Source: Mantamonas sphyraenae STR306 (taxonomy: Eukaryota; Protista; CRuMs). From it: DNA of 64,000 nucleotides. The stretch covers positions 186,001 to 250,000 of the forward strand of contig JAPMXV010000050.1 of NCBI GenBank assembly GCA_026936335.1, in the 5' to 3' direction. The notes beneath the pieces were generated by a model. That model was given only the letters and a program-made list of their open reading frames with translations, had not been told where the DNA came from and searched no databases. Both the position numbers and the translations under genes were made by a program. This document shows positions 13,267 through 24,506 of the stretch, in pieces. Every line of letters starts with the position of its first letter. Position 1 is the stretch's first letter.

Positions 13267-13739
13267 TCATTGTGTGTCTTGTTTGTCCTCCTCTGTCGTT
13301 CCCTCGCTCTTTTCTCCCTCTTGCGACTTTTCCTGACCCATCTGGGAGACATGGAAGGGAAGGGCAAAGGCAATCGGGGATGGGTGGTTGCGAGGAGTGG
13401 GGTCAGTGAGTGGCCAGGGAAACGGAGGGGGAGGGGGGCGGGAGTGGGGTGTCACACCTACCTCACTCAACAAATCCATAACCTCTTCGTAAAACTCATC
13501 GTCTGGGTTCTGCTTGTACTCCAGCGCAGCACGGATGGCTTTGTCAAAGGCTTCCACGACATTGGTGCCGTCCGAGGCACTGACAAACACCAGGTCCAGG
13601 CCTCGCTTGTGTGCAAAGTTGAACTTGCGCCGGGTCATCTCCGGGTTGGCTGCAATTTGGTGTGGTGACATTGTGTGAGTGGTGTGATGATGGAACCTGA
13701 GATCTGAGTTTGCACATCGAGGAGGAAACGGGAACGCGC

Positions 13740-13770
<31 letters not shown>

Positions 13771-14569
13771 ATCTCTCTCTCGCAGTCTTGGCTCGTCCAC
13801 TGACCATCGATTTTGTTGGCCAACACAATGACAGGCACTCCAGGCCTGTACTCGCGCAGTTCGTTGTACCAGTTGCCCAGGCTGAAGTAGCTTTCGCTGC
13901 GAGTGACATCAAACACCAGGAGGCACACGTGCGCGCGGAAATAGTAAGAGGGATGCATGCTGTCGTAGCGTTCTTGGCCCTGATGCGATGGTAAACCAGT
14001 AGCGGGTTGCAGTGAGCAGTGTGTGAGCGAGTCAGAGTGTGTGCATGCGGTGCAGTGGGGCCGGAAAACCAAAGCCGCGCCAGCGGCAGAGGGCCAACTT
14101 ACAGCCGTGTCCCACACGTCCACGTTGACCTTCTGGCCGTCGATTTCGGCCTCGTGCCGAAACAACGTAAGCGCAAAGGTGGACATCTTCTCTGGGTTGC
14201 TGTGTGCGGGTGTGTGTGGATGTGTGTGTCAGCCCAGAGGCCCGAGTGTGTGGGGCATCTGGGCGCGCGCTTCCTTCGCAACGGCACAACCGTCCTGCCG
14301 CCCCCGACGCCCACGTACTATCCATCCATCAAGAAGCGCTCCACCAGTTGTGTCTTGCCCACCGACGAGTCGCCCAGCAGACTGGCATGATGAGTGTGTG
14401 CGTGAGTGTGTGTGTGTGTGCGTGTGAGCAATCGCTGGCACCGGCGCAGGTGTTGCCTCGCCTTTTCCCACACCAAAACCCACATCAGTTTGATGTTGCC
14501 CGAGTTTGGTGACGAGTAGATCTCGTTCTGCTTGGCCTCGGACATCTCATCGCCCCCCGTCTCCGACAT
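13267..14569 (-). CDS. RABL2: Rab-like protein 2 (ciliary GTPase)
   Basis: Six exons join to give LLGDSSVGKTQLVERFLMDGY, STFALTLFRH, WDTAGQERYDSMHPSYY, WYNELREYRP, ANKID, FVSASDGTNVV; five GT-AG introns. Confidence 0.92.
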
Positions 14570-15149
14570 GGTTGTCCTTCCCGTGAATCGTTGGTTTGGC
14601 GGCGTGCGTGCACAGTGGTGGTGGCAGACACAACACAAGTGGAGTGTGTGGAACAGGACAGGGGTTGCCCATTCATGCATGCTTGGCATCGTCTGCAAGC
14701 GCTCGTCGCGGTTCGCCAGGACAAACACGGCACAGGAGCACTGTGCACAGAATTCCCAACACCATCCATGCTGTGAGATACGTCAATGGACTGGTGGTGG
14801 TGGTGGCAGGCAACGCAGTCGCTTCCCCTGCGAATTGCTTGTTGCTTGCTTGCCGTGTGCTTGTGTTGAGTGTGATCAGCTCGACCACGATGGCCAGTGC
14901 GCTGCACGCAAGCACGGCCATCACAGCCCAGCGGCCAATCGAACGGGTGGATTGCATTGGGTTCTATCGTCGTCAACGCCAGACGGGCAAAACGGCACAC
15001 TCTCGCTGGAGGAACACGGCGAGAAAAGGATGCTGCTGCCCACGGCGCATCACAGCCACACACGAAAAGTGTGTGTGGACACCTGACGCACAGAGACGCA
15101 GGAAGGGAGATAGAATTCAAAAGTGAAAGTTTGAACCTGTTCCATTCGC

Positions 15150-16183
15150 TTACTCGCGCGATCCACGGCCAGCACCGCGGCCTCCGCTGCGCTGCTGCGA
15201 ACGGTAGCCACCACGGCCAGCACCACGGCCTCCACCGTAGTTGGGCTTAAAGTCACCCTCGTCCTTGCCCTTGCGGAAGTTCTCGCCACCCTCCTGGCGC
15301 GGACCACGGGCAGAGGCAACACGCGTCGACTTCTTCAGCGTCATGGGGATCACGTCCGACGGCAGGTGCAGGAACTCACGCAGGTAGTCGATGCCCTCGT
15401 CTGTCAGGAACGCATACTTGTAGCGGAAGCAGTACGTCACACGCACGTACTTCAGGCTCTGTGTGTGTGTGTGTGTGCCAAGGGGTGGGGCGCGCGGTGT
15501 GTGAGCACTTTGGATTTCCTTCGCCGTTGTGGTTTTCCTTTCCCCGTTCTCCCGCATGCAGCACCCATCCAATGTCATCCACCTGTCCCTGCGCTTTCTT
15601 GGCATGCATGGGTGGCCACGGTGTGTCCACGTCGCCTGGGTGCTCCTCCTCCACCCTCCCCAGGCACGTTTCCCTCCACCAGCCCCTTTTTGCATGCTGC
15701 CCACAACTCGCTCTCCTTTGCCCTCCTGTGTCCACCCATCCCTCCTCCCTTCATCCATCACTCCCATCCCTCCTCCACCCACTCTCCATCCCACTCTCCA
15801 ACCCGGTCTCCTCCACCGCCACTCTCCCTTTCACTCACCTCCAGGCGCTTCATCAGCATCAGCACGTGCAGGTTGGGGATCTCACCCAGCTGCTTGTGCG
15901 ACTGCTGATGCACGTCGTGCTTGCACACAAGCACACCCTCTGTACACACCAGCACATCCATCCATCCCCACACGTCGTGTCGTCGTCCGTTGGTCCACCA
16001 CGGCCGTTGTACGTCCATTCTTTGTGTCAGCCGCCTTGCATTTCTCCCTCTGCCCGTTCCTTTCGCCGCCCCTTCCTGACGCTCCCTGCACCCTTTCCCA
16101 CCCCTCGCAACACCCTCCCCACACGCACCTTTGAACAGATAGCGGTAGACCAGCACACGCGTCTTCTTGGGAATAAGCACCAT
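15150..16183 (-). CDS. RPS10: 40S ribosomal protein S10 (eS10), copy 1
   Basis: MVLIPKKTRVLVYRYLFK|EGVLVCKHD...IPNLHVLMLMKRLE|SLKYV...LTDEGIDYLREFLHLPSDVIPMTL, RGG-rich tail; two introns. Confidence 0.97.
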
Positions 16184-16199
16184 GTTGAATTCGGCTGCC
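15150..16199. repeat. Direct repeat unit 1 of the duplicated RPS10 locus (partner 24507-25553)
   Basis: Near-identical exons, intron 1 and the 5' part of intron 2; identity ends at the stop codon and about 16 nt upstream of the ATG. Confidence 0.95.
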
Positions 16200-16232
16200 C
16201 AGGCGCGGGCAAGCACCTGTGCGCCTGAGAAA

Positions 16233-17187
16233 ATGCCCCCTCCGGTCGTGTACAACAGCCCTCGTGCCTGGGTGCAATGGACCAGCAACAAGTATTATCT
16301 GGGCAACGTGGACAGCTACAGCGAGGAGCAACAAACCATGCACCAGCGCTTCGACGACGGCGACCAAGCCACACGCAGCATCACCAACGGCGAAGTCGTC
16401 CACGAGGGTGCCCCTGTCCTCTCTGGCATCCAAGGAGACATGCTCCTTGCCCGCTACCGTGACGAGGACTATTTCTGCCTTGCCACCGTGAGTTTGCGCC
16501 AAAGGAGGAGGATGGTGTGTGTTGGTTTGTGTGAACTCACCCTCGCCTGCGTCGCCTGCGTGTGTGTACAGTGCACCAGCACAGGAAGCACGTCCTCCAA
16601 TGTCGTCTACTCCCACAACGGCGAGTCTGCCAGCATCAAAAACTACAACATGCGCCTGTTGGACAAGCGTACGCTTACTTTTGCCCCCATTCTCCCCTTT
16701 CGCCAGCATCATCCAATTTCAAACCGACTCACAAAACACACACGCACACACTCACATTGCGCTGGCGTCATGTGTATCCATGCACATGACTCGCTGCTGC
16801 ACCGCAGCATCGCACGACACGACGCGTGTGTGGTGCCGGCCCAACACGAGCACCACGGAGTTCCGGCTGGGGGAGATTGTGGAAAACGAGGACGACACGT
16901 GGCTGATTGAAACGGACGCCGGCGAACAGATGTACGTGACCGCGTCGGATGTCAACGAGCTGTTTGTGTACGAAACGTGTGTGCCCACACGATCGCAACT
17001 GGCCGAGGGCACGTGGATCCTCGGCGCCAAGAGCAACTCGCACATCCTCTACCTGGGTCAGGTCAAGAGCATCACCGACCAGGGACTCGTGCGAGTGTCC
17101 TACTCGGATGACTCCAACACCTACGACCATCACTTTTTCCAGGTACGTCTGCTCAGCAAGGTGCCCAAGGTGCCAGAGTCGTCGTAG
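16233..17187 (+). CDS. Hypothetical protein with repeated Tudor/SH3-like beta-barrel modules
   Basis: Recurrent W/Y...YxGxV...Y/F-DD pattern (RAWVQWTSNKYYLGNV...RFDDGD; LYLGQVKSITDQGLVRVSYSDD); two GT-AG introns near 16488-16571 and 16669-16807. Confidence 0.55.
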
Positions 17188-17250
17188 CCGGGATGCGTCG
17201 GCGCACACCAACAAATAGCACAAATAGCATAAAGGGTCTGTTGTGTTGCC

Positions 17251-17721
17251 ATGTCATCGGGTGAACAACAGGTGCGTGCGTTGCACGAGTCGTTCACCGA
17301 GTTGCGTCAGCGAGTGCAGGCGATTTTGGAGCCTGTGCTTGCCAAGCCTCTGGAAGAGACGCTGGCAGGCATCGACAATGCCATGGACAAGGCACGTCTG
17401 CTTATCACCCTCGCGTACTGTGTCAACGCCCTCTCCTTTATCTATCTCAAGACCCAGGGCGAATCCACAAAGGAGCATCCGGTGAAAAAGGAACTCGAAC
17501 GGACGCAGGTGTATTTCGCTCGCCTGCGCGAGCTCGATCCCAGCAAGAACAGCAGCAGCAGCAGCAGCAGCAACTCCTCCACCAGCAGCAGCAGCAACAG
17601 TAACAGCAGCGTGCCATCCAAGCCACGCACGCATGTGGTATGGGACGAGAGCGGGTCCAGCAAGAGGAGGCGGCCTGCCGAGACACAAGGCAAGAACGGA
17701 CGACAGCGCGTGGAGCGGTGA
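17251..17721 (+). CDS. C1D: C1D/Rrp47 exosome cofactor (Sas10/Utp3/C1D family)
   Basis: DKARLLITLAYCVNALSFIYLKTQG...EHPVKKELERTQVYF. Confidence 0.88.
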   Translation: MSSGEQQVRALHESFTELRQRVQAILEPVLAKPLEETLAGIDNAMDKARLLITLAYCVNALSFIYLKTQGESTKEHPVKKELERTQVYFARLRELDPSKNSSSSSSSNSSTSSSSNSNSSVPSKPRTHVVWDESGSSKRRRPAETQGKNGRQRVER

Positions 17722-17741
17722 ACACACATGAACGTTGATTC

Positions 17742-19979
17742 TCATCCTTCCGTCTTGTCCTGTGTGGAAGACCTTTCGCCTGCGCGCGGGTCGTAGCTGT
17801 TGGCACGGTGCTTGGGGGTAAAGACAAAGTTATCGGGCACGGGACCGAGGAGCATCTCGGAGATCTTGATCCAATCACCGACGTAGGTGCTTGCAAGCAG
17901 GGTTTCCAGCTCATTGCGCCCTGTGTACAGGGGCGGGCGGTCGTTGATGCGCTGGGGCAGCACCTCGAGAAGACCCACGGGCACGTAGCGACAGGTGAAG
18001 GACATCCACTCGAGGAGGAAGCGGCGTGTGTTTTCCACCCCACGCTTGTCGCTGCCCCAATGGTACAACCCGGTGTGCACAAAGTCGCGGAACAGATCCA
18101 GACGTTCGTTGGCGCTGATGTCCCAGTGGCGCTGTTCCTTGATTTCGGTGAACAGCCAGGGTTTGATCAGGGCGCCGCGACCGATCATCACGCCGCTCAC
18201 GGGCGAGTCGGCGTGGATGTGTTCGTTGTAGTCTTCGTAGGAAAGGATGTCACCGTTGCCAATGAAGGGCAGGTTGGTCAGTTTGGCACACTCTTCGATG
18301 TACTTCCAATCGGCCGTCTTTGTGTACCGTTGGTTCTTGGAGCGGCCGTGCAGTGTGATGGCATGCACACCCCACTCCTCCGCATGTGGGATCCACTTGT
18401 GCACAACCGGATTCTTCAGGCTGCGGCCCACACGGATTTTGAGGAGGAAGGGCACGTCGAGGACGGTGCTGACACCGCGGCTGATCTCCTCCAGGCGACG
18501 ATCACGATCCAGGAGGGCACAGCCCATGCCCTTGTTGCACACGAGGTCGATGGGACAGCCACAGTTGAGTTCCACATAGTCAAAGTTGGCCCACTCCTGG
18601 GCCACCTCCATGCACTGCATCACCTGACGTGTGACGTTGCCTGCAATCTGCACGCCAAACACATCCTCGCTCGGATGTCGCTTCAGCAGTGCCCACTCTG
18701 CGTTCTTGCCCTGCATCATGTTCAACGTCATGGCCATCTCCGAACACGTCGTGTCCACCTTCATGTCCTTGCAGATCTTGCGGAACGGAAGGTTGCCCAC
18801 CGTCGTCAACGGCGCAAGCATCAGCTTGCCCTTCAGGTCCAGTTTACGCTTGTCCGAACGATCTGACACGATTCCCTGCCACGCAACAGACGTGTTGCTG
18901 GAGGATGACGATGATGATGAAGACGATGACGACGTCTCAGGTTGCTTCTCCTGTGTGGTTTCCTCCTCCATCCCTGTGGTGCTGGTGCTGGTGGTCACTG
19001 TGGACGTGTCTTCCGTCTCCATGGCACTGCTGTCCTGTGTTTCCGTTTCCTCCCCTGCCGCTGCTTCCGCCGGTGCCTCTGCCGCTGCCGCTGCCGCTGC
19101 CGCTTCCCTTGCCGCTGCTCTCCTCTCTTTCTTTTCCTGCGCCTTCTTCTGCTTCTGTCGCATCTTGCGCGTAAACTTGTCCACGGGCAGTTTGATGCCG
19201 TGCTTCTCTTCCAACATGGCCTCGGTGGCGTCGGCACGCGGGTACGCCACCGTGCGTTTGCGCAGCTTGTTCTGCTGCTCAGGCGACAGCAGCATGGCGG
19301 TGGGGAACTGCCATGTCTTGCGTTGAGCCAACGCCTCCTCAGGCACCACATTGCGTGCCTCTTCGTCCACATGGTGTCGTGCAAACCGACACTGTGCGCC
19401 AAAGCGACACAGGCCGTCACGAGAAAAGTTGGGACACTCGCCCTCGAGCTGCGTCTCCGGCGCATTGTTCTCCTTGTACCACCCCAGCACGTCGTGGCTG
19501 TATCGGCACGACCCTTCGTAGTCGCACACGTTCCAGCATGCATAGTCGCTGCACAATCCGCTGCTTCGCACAAACATCCGCTCCCTGTGCTTGTGCTGTC
19601 CCCGCTGACGTTTCGCCGACGGCTGCTGCTGCTCCTCGCTCGTTTCGCTCTTCCCGTCCTCCCCCTCCGCCTGCGCCCCTTGCCCCTCCGCTGCCTTTTC
19701 TGCAGGTGCCTTGGCCTCGCCGTTGCCCTGTGCTTCTGCACGAGACGCCTCTGCTTCTGCCTCTGCCTCCTCCGCTGCCACCGTGTCTGCATCGCGCTTG
19801 CGAGACGCATGATCGCCGCTGCTCCTCGGCTCCTCCTCCTTGCTCACATCCTCCTTTGCTGCCGTCTCCTCCGTCGTCATGCTCTCTTGCACCTCGGGCA
19901 CATGTACCAGGTATTCCGCCTTGATGGGCACCTCGTTGCGGTTGAGTCGATCCTGAACCGATTCTGTGGTGCTCGACAT
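17742..19979 (-). CDS. DUS3L: tRNA-dihydrouridine(47) synthase
   Basis: VPIKAEYL, two CCCH zinc fingers, LAPLTTVGNLPFR, NCGCPID, HGRSKNQRY, HWGSDKRGV, FTPKHRANSY. Confidence 0.96.
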   Translation of the reverse strand: MSSTTESVQDRLNRNEVPIKAEYLVHVPEVQESMTTEETAAKEDVSKEEEPRSSGDHASRKRDADTVAAEEAEAEAEASRAEAQGNGEAKAPAEKAAEGQGAQAEGEDGKSETSEEQQQPSAKRQRGQHKHRERMFVRSSGLCSDYACWNVCDYEGSCRYSHDVLGWYKENNAPETQLEGECPNFSRDGLCRFGAQCRFARHHVDEEARNVVPEEALAQRKTWQFPTAMLLSPEQQNKLRKRTVAYPRADATEAMLEEKHGIKLPVDKFTRKMRQKQKKAQEKKERRAAAREAAAAAAAAEAPAEAAAGEETETQDSSAMETEDTSTVTTSTSTTGMEEETTQEKQPETSSSSSSSSSSSSNTSVAWQGIVSDRSDKRKLDLKGKLMLAPLTTVGNLPFRKICKDMKVDTTCSEMAMTLNMMQGKNAEWALLKRHPSEDVFGVQIAGNVTRQVMQCMEVAQEWANFDYVELNCGCPIDLVCNKGMGCALLDRDRRLEEISRGVSTVLDVPFLLKIRVGRSLKNPVVHKWIPHAEEWGVHAITLHGRSKNQRYTKTADWKYIEECAKLTNLPFIGNGDILSYEDYNEHIHADSPVSGVMIGRGALIKPWLFTEIKEQRHWDISANERLDLFRDFVHTGLYHWGSDKRGVENTRRFLLEWMSFTCRYVPVGLLEVLPQRINDRPPLYTGRNELETLLASTYVGDWIKISEMLLGPVPDNFVFTPKHRANSYDPRAGERSSTQDKTEG

Positions 19980-20057
19980 TTTCTCTCGTCTCCTGAGTTG
20001 AGTTGTGCTGCGTTCACAGACGCACCTGAATCCGTGCCTCATCACTCCCACTTCGGA

Positions 20058-21552
20058 ATGGCAGTCCTGCCAGCCCACCCTCGCCATGCCATGGTCATGC
20101 TTTTCCTCTATATGATGTGCAACTTTGGCACGGCGCAAGGCCTGGCCGAGTACATCATCCAGCTGTCGTGCACTGAGCACCGTGTGGAAACACCAAGCAT
20201 CAGCTGCGACAGCTCCAAGGTCTCGGCCACCGCCGCTCGCTACTCACTCATCCTCTCCATGGTCGGCTCCATCCCGGGCATTTTTGTCGCAGGCACCATT
20301 GGAGGATGGTCCGACAGAGTTGGACGCAAGCCTCTCCTCTTCCTCACCGCAGCGGCCGGCACCATCAACCCGCTCGCCCTCATCCTCATTGGCTACTTTC
20401 GCGCAGGCATCGACTGGCTCCTCGGCGTCACCCTCGTCCTTTCCTTCACCGGCGGCTATTCCGTCTTTATTGCCGGTTGTTTCAGCATGGTGGCTGACCT
20501 CACCTCACCAACCACTCGGTGCGTGTACACATCAACACACCCGGGCTCCCAGCAACTTTTAACCCCGCTGTTCACTCACACCACCCACCCACATCACCCA
20601 CACCCACACACCACCACACCACAACCACAGAGCACGCGAGTTTGTGCTCACAGAGAGCATGCTCTTCTTTGGCGCAGGTCTGGGCAGCCTGATCAATGGC
20701 CTGATTGTAAAAGAGTACGGCTTCTTCACCACCTTTGCCAGCCAGGTGTTTGTCGGCGTGGCCCTCCTTCTGTACATTTCCCTCATCCCGGAAACTGTCA
20801 CCGACGACAACCGAGTGGACAAGGTGGACCTGAAAAAGGCAAACACCCTCGCTTCGCTCTCCATCCTCTTTCGCCGCACCCGCATCGGCTCTGCCAAAGC
20901 CTTGGGCTTTCTGGGCCTTGGCTTCGGCGTGCAGTTCACCGTGTTTTACGGCTGGCTGGCCATCACTCTCCTGTACTCGCGTGTGGCCATGCAATGGGAC
21001 TCCCTCGAGTACGGCATCTGGGCCTCCATCAGCAGCTGTGCACGTGGTCTCGGCGTCATCCTCCTCAAGCCCTGGGTCTTTGGTCTCATTGAAAGGGGCC
21101 GCATCAGCGAACTCACCGTCCTCAAGATCGGCTCCGTCATCTGTTTCCTGGACTTCACCCTGTACGGCTTTGTGCCCATCACCCCCGTGTGGTTCTCCCT
21201 CACCGTCCTCGACGGCGTTGGCATCATCTTCATTCCCATCATCCGCTCCATGTTCAGCCGTGCCGTGCCCCCCACCCAACAGGGCGTCTCTCTCGCGGCC
21301 GTCAGTGCCATCGAAAGTGTCAACAGCATCGCTGCCCCGTTCATCTTCACCTCGGTCTACTTTTCATTTATCGACTCGTTCCGCCCCATGATTGGCATCC
21401 TCAACGCCGTCTTTGGCCTCCTTTGCATCATTTTCATCTGGATGGGCTGTGCACACGTCGATCTCTCCTCACTCGAGCGCAAGCCGCTCCTCCCCGACGC
21501 CGATTCCTCCTCTCCTGCCTCCAGCAAGGGTCAGGTGCAGACGTCCACATGA
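20058..21552 (+). CDS. Major facilitator superfamily transporter (SLC46/PCFT-like)
   Basis: Motif A GGWSDRVGRKP, about 12 hydrophobic segments, IRSMFSRAVPPTQQG, C-terminal ERKPLL dileucine motif; intron 20519-20630. Confidence 0.88.
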
Positions 21553-21609
21553 CCAAGTCCACGTGAGAGAACAAGGCGTTTCATTCCCATGGTTTGCTTT
21601 CGCCCCATC

Positions 21610-23242
21610 CTAGCCTGTGATCTGCACGCCCGCTTCCAAGACACGCATCTTGATTCTCCTCGCCCCCTGCCTTGCCAGCCAGTCCTGCGCCAACTCCCAA
21701 TCGTCCGTCGACTCGAGTGCCGTCCACCCATCCTCGTCGCGATACTCGATGGAAAAGTCACACAGGCCTGTGGCCTCCTGCACCATCTGCTGCAAATCGC
21801 CAAACGTTGCGTCGGCGTCCACTCGTTTGCGCTTGCCCGTCACTTCGTCTGTCGAAGAACGCACAATCTCCATGCGCACCGTCACCTTTGCACCCTTGTT
21901 TGCCTTGTCATTGTTGTTGCTGCTGCTGTTGTTGCTACTGCTGCTGCTGCCTGGACCTTGCTGCCTACCCGTTCGACGTCCCCCTCGCCCTTCCACTCTT
22001 TGCCGACCTCGTGGGCCCACGGCTGCTCGCCAAAATCCACTTCCACCACCTGCTCGCTCCTGTCCTTGTCCAGGCTGATGGTGTGCACCACCGCCAGCGG
22101 CTCACGTTGCTCGTCCCAAAAGTGGATCTTCATCGGCACGTCAAAGTAGCCCCACACCGACATGGTCAGCTCAAACGGGGCCTTGTCCAACACCTGATGC
22201 GGATCCTTGAACGTTTCGTGCAGTTGCACCTCCACCTTGCGCACAAAGCTGGGTGCAGGGGCTCCTGGCACACCGCCCACATACAACGTCACATGGTGCT
22301 TCTTGCTCACCTGCCCCACGCTGTGTGTGTTGCCCACGTGCAGTTCCTTCAACAGACGGAACCGTGGGATCTGCATCTCCATGTAGCCCAGCACACGCTC
22401 CATAAACTCGTCCGTCTTGCCAAACACCCGCAGGTGTGCCTCGTCGTCCAGGTGTGTCTTTTGCAGGTTCACAATCACCAGCTTGCAGCCCTTCTTGTTC
22501 TTCAGCGCCTGCACCGGCATGTCGTTTGCAGGTGACACCGTCAGCGACGAGCCCAGCACCACAAACACGTCGGCCTTGCGGCTGTTCTGGTACGCCGCCT
22601 CCAGGTGGTCCTCCGGCAGCGATTCCCCAAAGTGGATGATCGAATCGATCAGCGCCCCTCCACACTTGTCACAATCGCGTCCTGTGCTGTGGTAGTGCGC
22701 CACACGGTTTGGGCCGTGGTGGTTCATCACGTCGAAATCCCGACGTGCTCGAGCCTTGCAGTCCAGGCACTCCTCCACGTAGCAGTTGCCGTGAAGCTCA
22801 GCCAGACCATTCAATCCACTTCGCATATGGAGTCCGTCCACGTTCTGTGAAATTGTGAACCTCAGCACGCCTGTGTGGTCGTCCATGGCGTTTGTGGGAA
22901 TCGCGTCAGAATTCGGCGAGTGAAATCTGAACTCTCCCGTTTCCGTCACCCACCTGCATCCTCCAACGCCTTCATCGCCATGTGTGTGCGTCCAGGCAGA
23001 GCCTGTTCGATGGAAATGGACTTGGGCGGCGCCAATCCTTTGTCTCGTCGTGTCCACACGCCATCCGCAGAGCGAAAGTCGGGGATGCCGCAGCCTGTGC
23101 TGATGCCTGCCCCAGTGAAGAACACCGCGTGTTTGCTGTTGCTCAGCAGATCAGCCAATTCACGTGCGTGTTCATCCAGCACATCCTCGTCTTCCAGATA
23201 CGCCTGGATGTCTTCGTCTTCCCGTCCCAATTTGCCACTCAT
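21610..23242 (-). CDS. Class IV (SIRT6/7-like) sirtuin fused to a YEATS domain and a probable C-terminal PB1 domain
   Basis: GAGISTGCGIPDFR, SQNVDGLH, ELHGN, CxxC..CxxC, LGSSLTVSPA, IVNLQKT; then in frame YEATS (VGNTHS, FVRKVEVQLHETF, APFELTMSVWGYFDVPMKIHF); PB1 acidic motif (IEYRDEDG...STDDW) in a shifted frame after about 21960; intron 22871-22953. Confidence 0.9.
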
Positions 23243-23283
23243 GGGTTGTGTGTTCTTTGTCTTGGGTGTGCTCGAGCAGAGTG

Positions 23284-23698
23284 TCACCCACTGCTTAAAT
23301 CCATGCCCAGTCGTTTGCCAAACGCAGCCACTTCTGCATTGGTGACTTCATCCTGCGCCGTTTCCTCCTCCTCCCCCTTGCCTGGGCCCCAGAACGGCGG
23401 CGGCGAGGCCATTCGTTTCACACGCTCCTCCAGCGTCTCCTCCTCCTTGGTCCCGTGTGTTGTGTGGCCATTGTCCTTCTGCTTGACGACTGTTCTTCCC
23501 TTCCTTCCCTTCTTGCGCTTCTTCTTCCTCTTTGCCTTTGTGCCAGTGCGCGGGTTCATCCCGTTGTCCACCCCGTCGTCAAAGTCCTCCCCAAGCTGCG
23601 CTGCAAGCTCCTCCACGCTCAACTGTGCATTCGCACGCTGCGCCAATGCCAATCGAAGCTTCTGGGCCACTTCCGTCTCTGTCTCCCGTTCACTCATG
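23284..23698 (-). CDS. Hypothetical small protein with basic NLS-like tract
   Basis: Intact 137-codon ORF filling the gap between the sirtuin and ISCA2; KAKRKKKRKKGRK. Confidence 0.5.
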
Positions 23699-23774
23699 CC
23701 TGTGTGTTGCCTCTTTGGAATCGCTTTGCCTGCGACATCGCCTCCAATCAATCACACACACACACCACACACAC

Positions 23775-24441
23775 ATGTTCCGACGCGCAACTGCTTCCTT
23801 TGTGCGCACACAAACCCCAATGCTCTCTGTGGGATTGCCTTTGAGTGCAGGCATGGCTTCGCGGGCAACCGTGGAACTCGTCGACGCCCAGGCCGCCGGA
23901 ACAACACGCACTGCCACCGAAGCCGCACAGGCTGCGTTGCAAGAGGCTCGCTCCAGGCTAAAACTGGACACGGACAATCTGGACGAGGACGTGCGCGACC
24001 TCACTCTCACAGACTATTGTGCACAGGTGAGCGGAATTTCCTACCTCCGACGGCCAGCCTGTTTGAGCCCCCCCCTCTCCTTGCCTTCCTACATCGCCAC
24101 TGACGACGCCTTTGCCACTGCCACAGAAAATCAATCAACTGATGGAAGAGGAAGAGGAACAAGGCCACCTGAGGCTCATGGTCGAAGGAGGCGGCTGCTC
24201 GGGCTTCTCCTACCGCTTCGAGCTGGAACCCGGCAGCAAGGCCGGCCCACAGGACATGGTTTACGAAAAGAACGGCGCACGACTCGTCGTCGATCCAGAG
24301 TCGTTGTTGTATGTACAGGGCAGTGAGATCGACTATGTGGAGGAGCTCATTGGCAGCGAGTTTAAGATTGCCGCCAATCCAAACGCAGAGTTTGCCTGCG
24401 GCTGCGGCCAGAGCTTCTCCTTGCGCGAAATGATGGGATGA
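23775..24441 (+). CDS. ISCA2: Mitochondrial iron-sulfur cluster assembly protein, A-type carrier
   Basis: Presequence-like MFRRATASFVR; LRLMVEGGGCSGFSY, IDYVEELIGSEF, NPNAEFACGCGQSF; intron about 24027-24127. Confidence 0.92.
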
Positions 24442-24506
24442 GGTGTGTAGCGATGGAGGAATACCAATGCACCAATGCACCAATGCATGTGTTCAAGAGA
24501 TGCGTT

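Noticed and set aside
15458-16128. snoRNAs in the long RPS10 introns
   Set aside because: No convincing box C (RUGAUGA) plus D (CUGA) pair with a terminal stem, nor an H/ACA layout, by eye; needs a covariance search.
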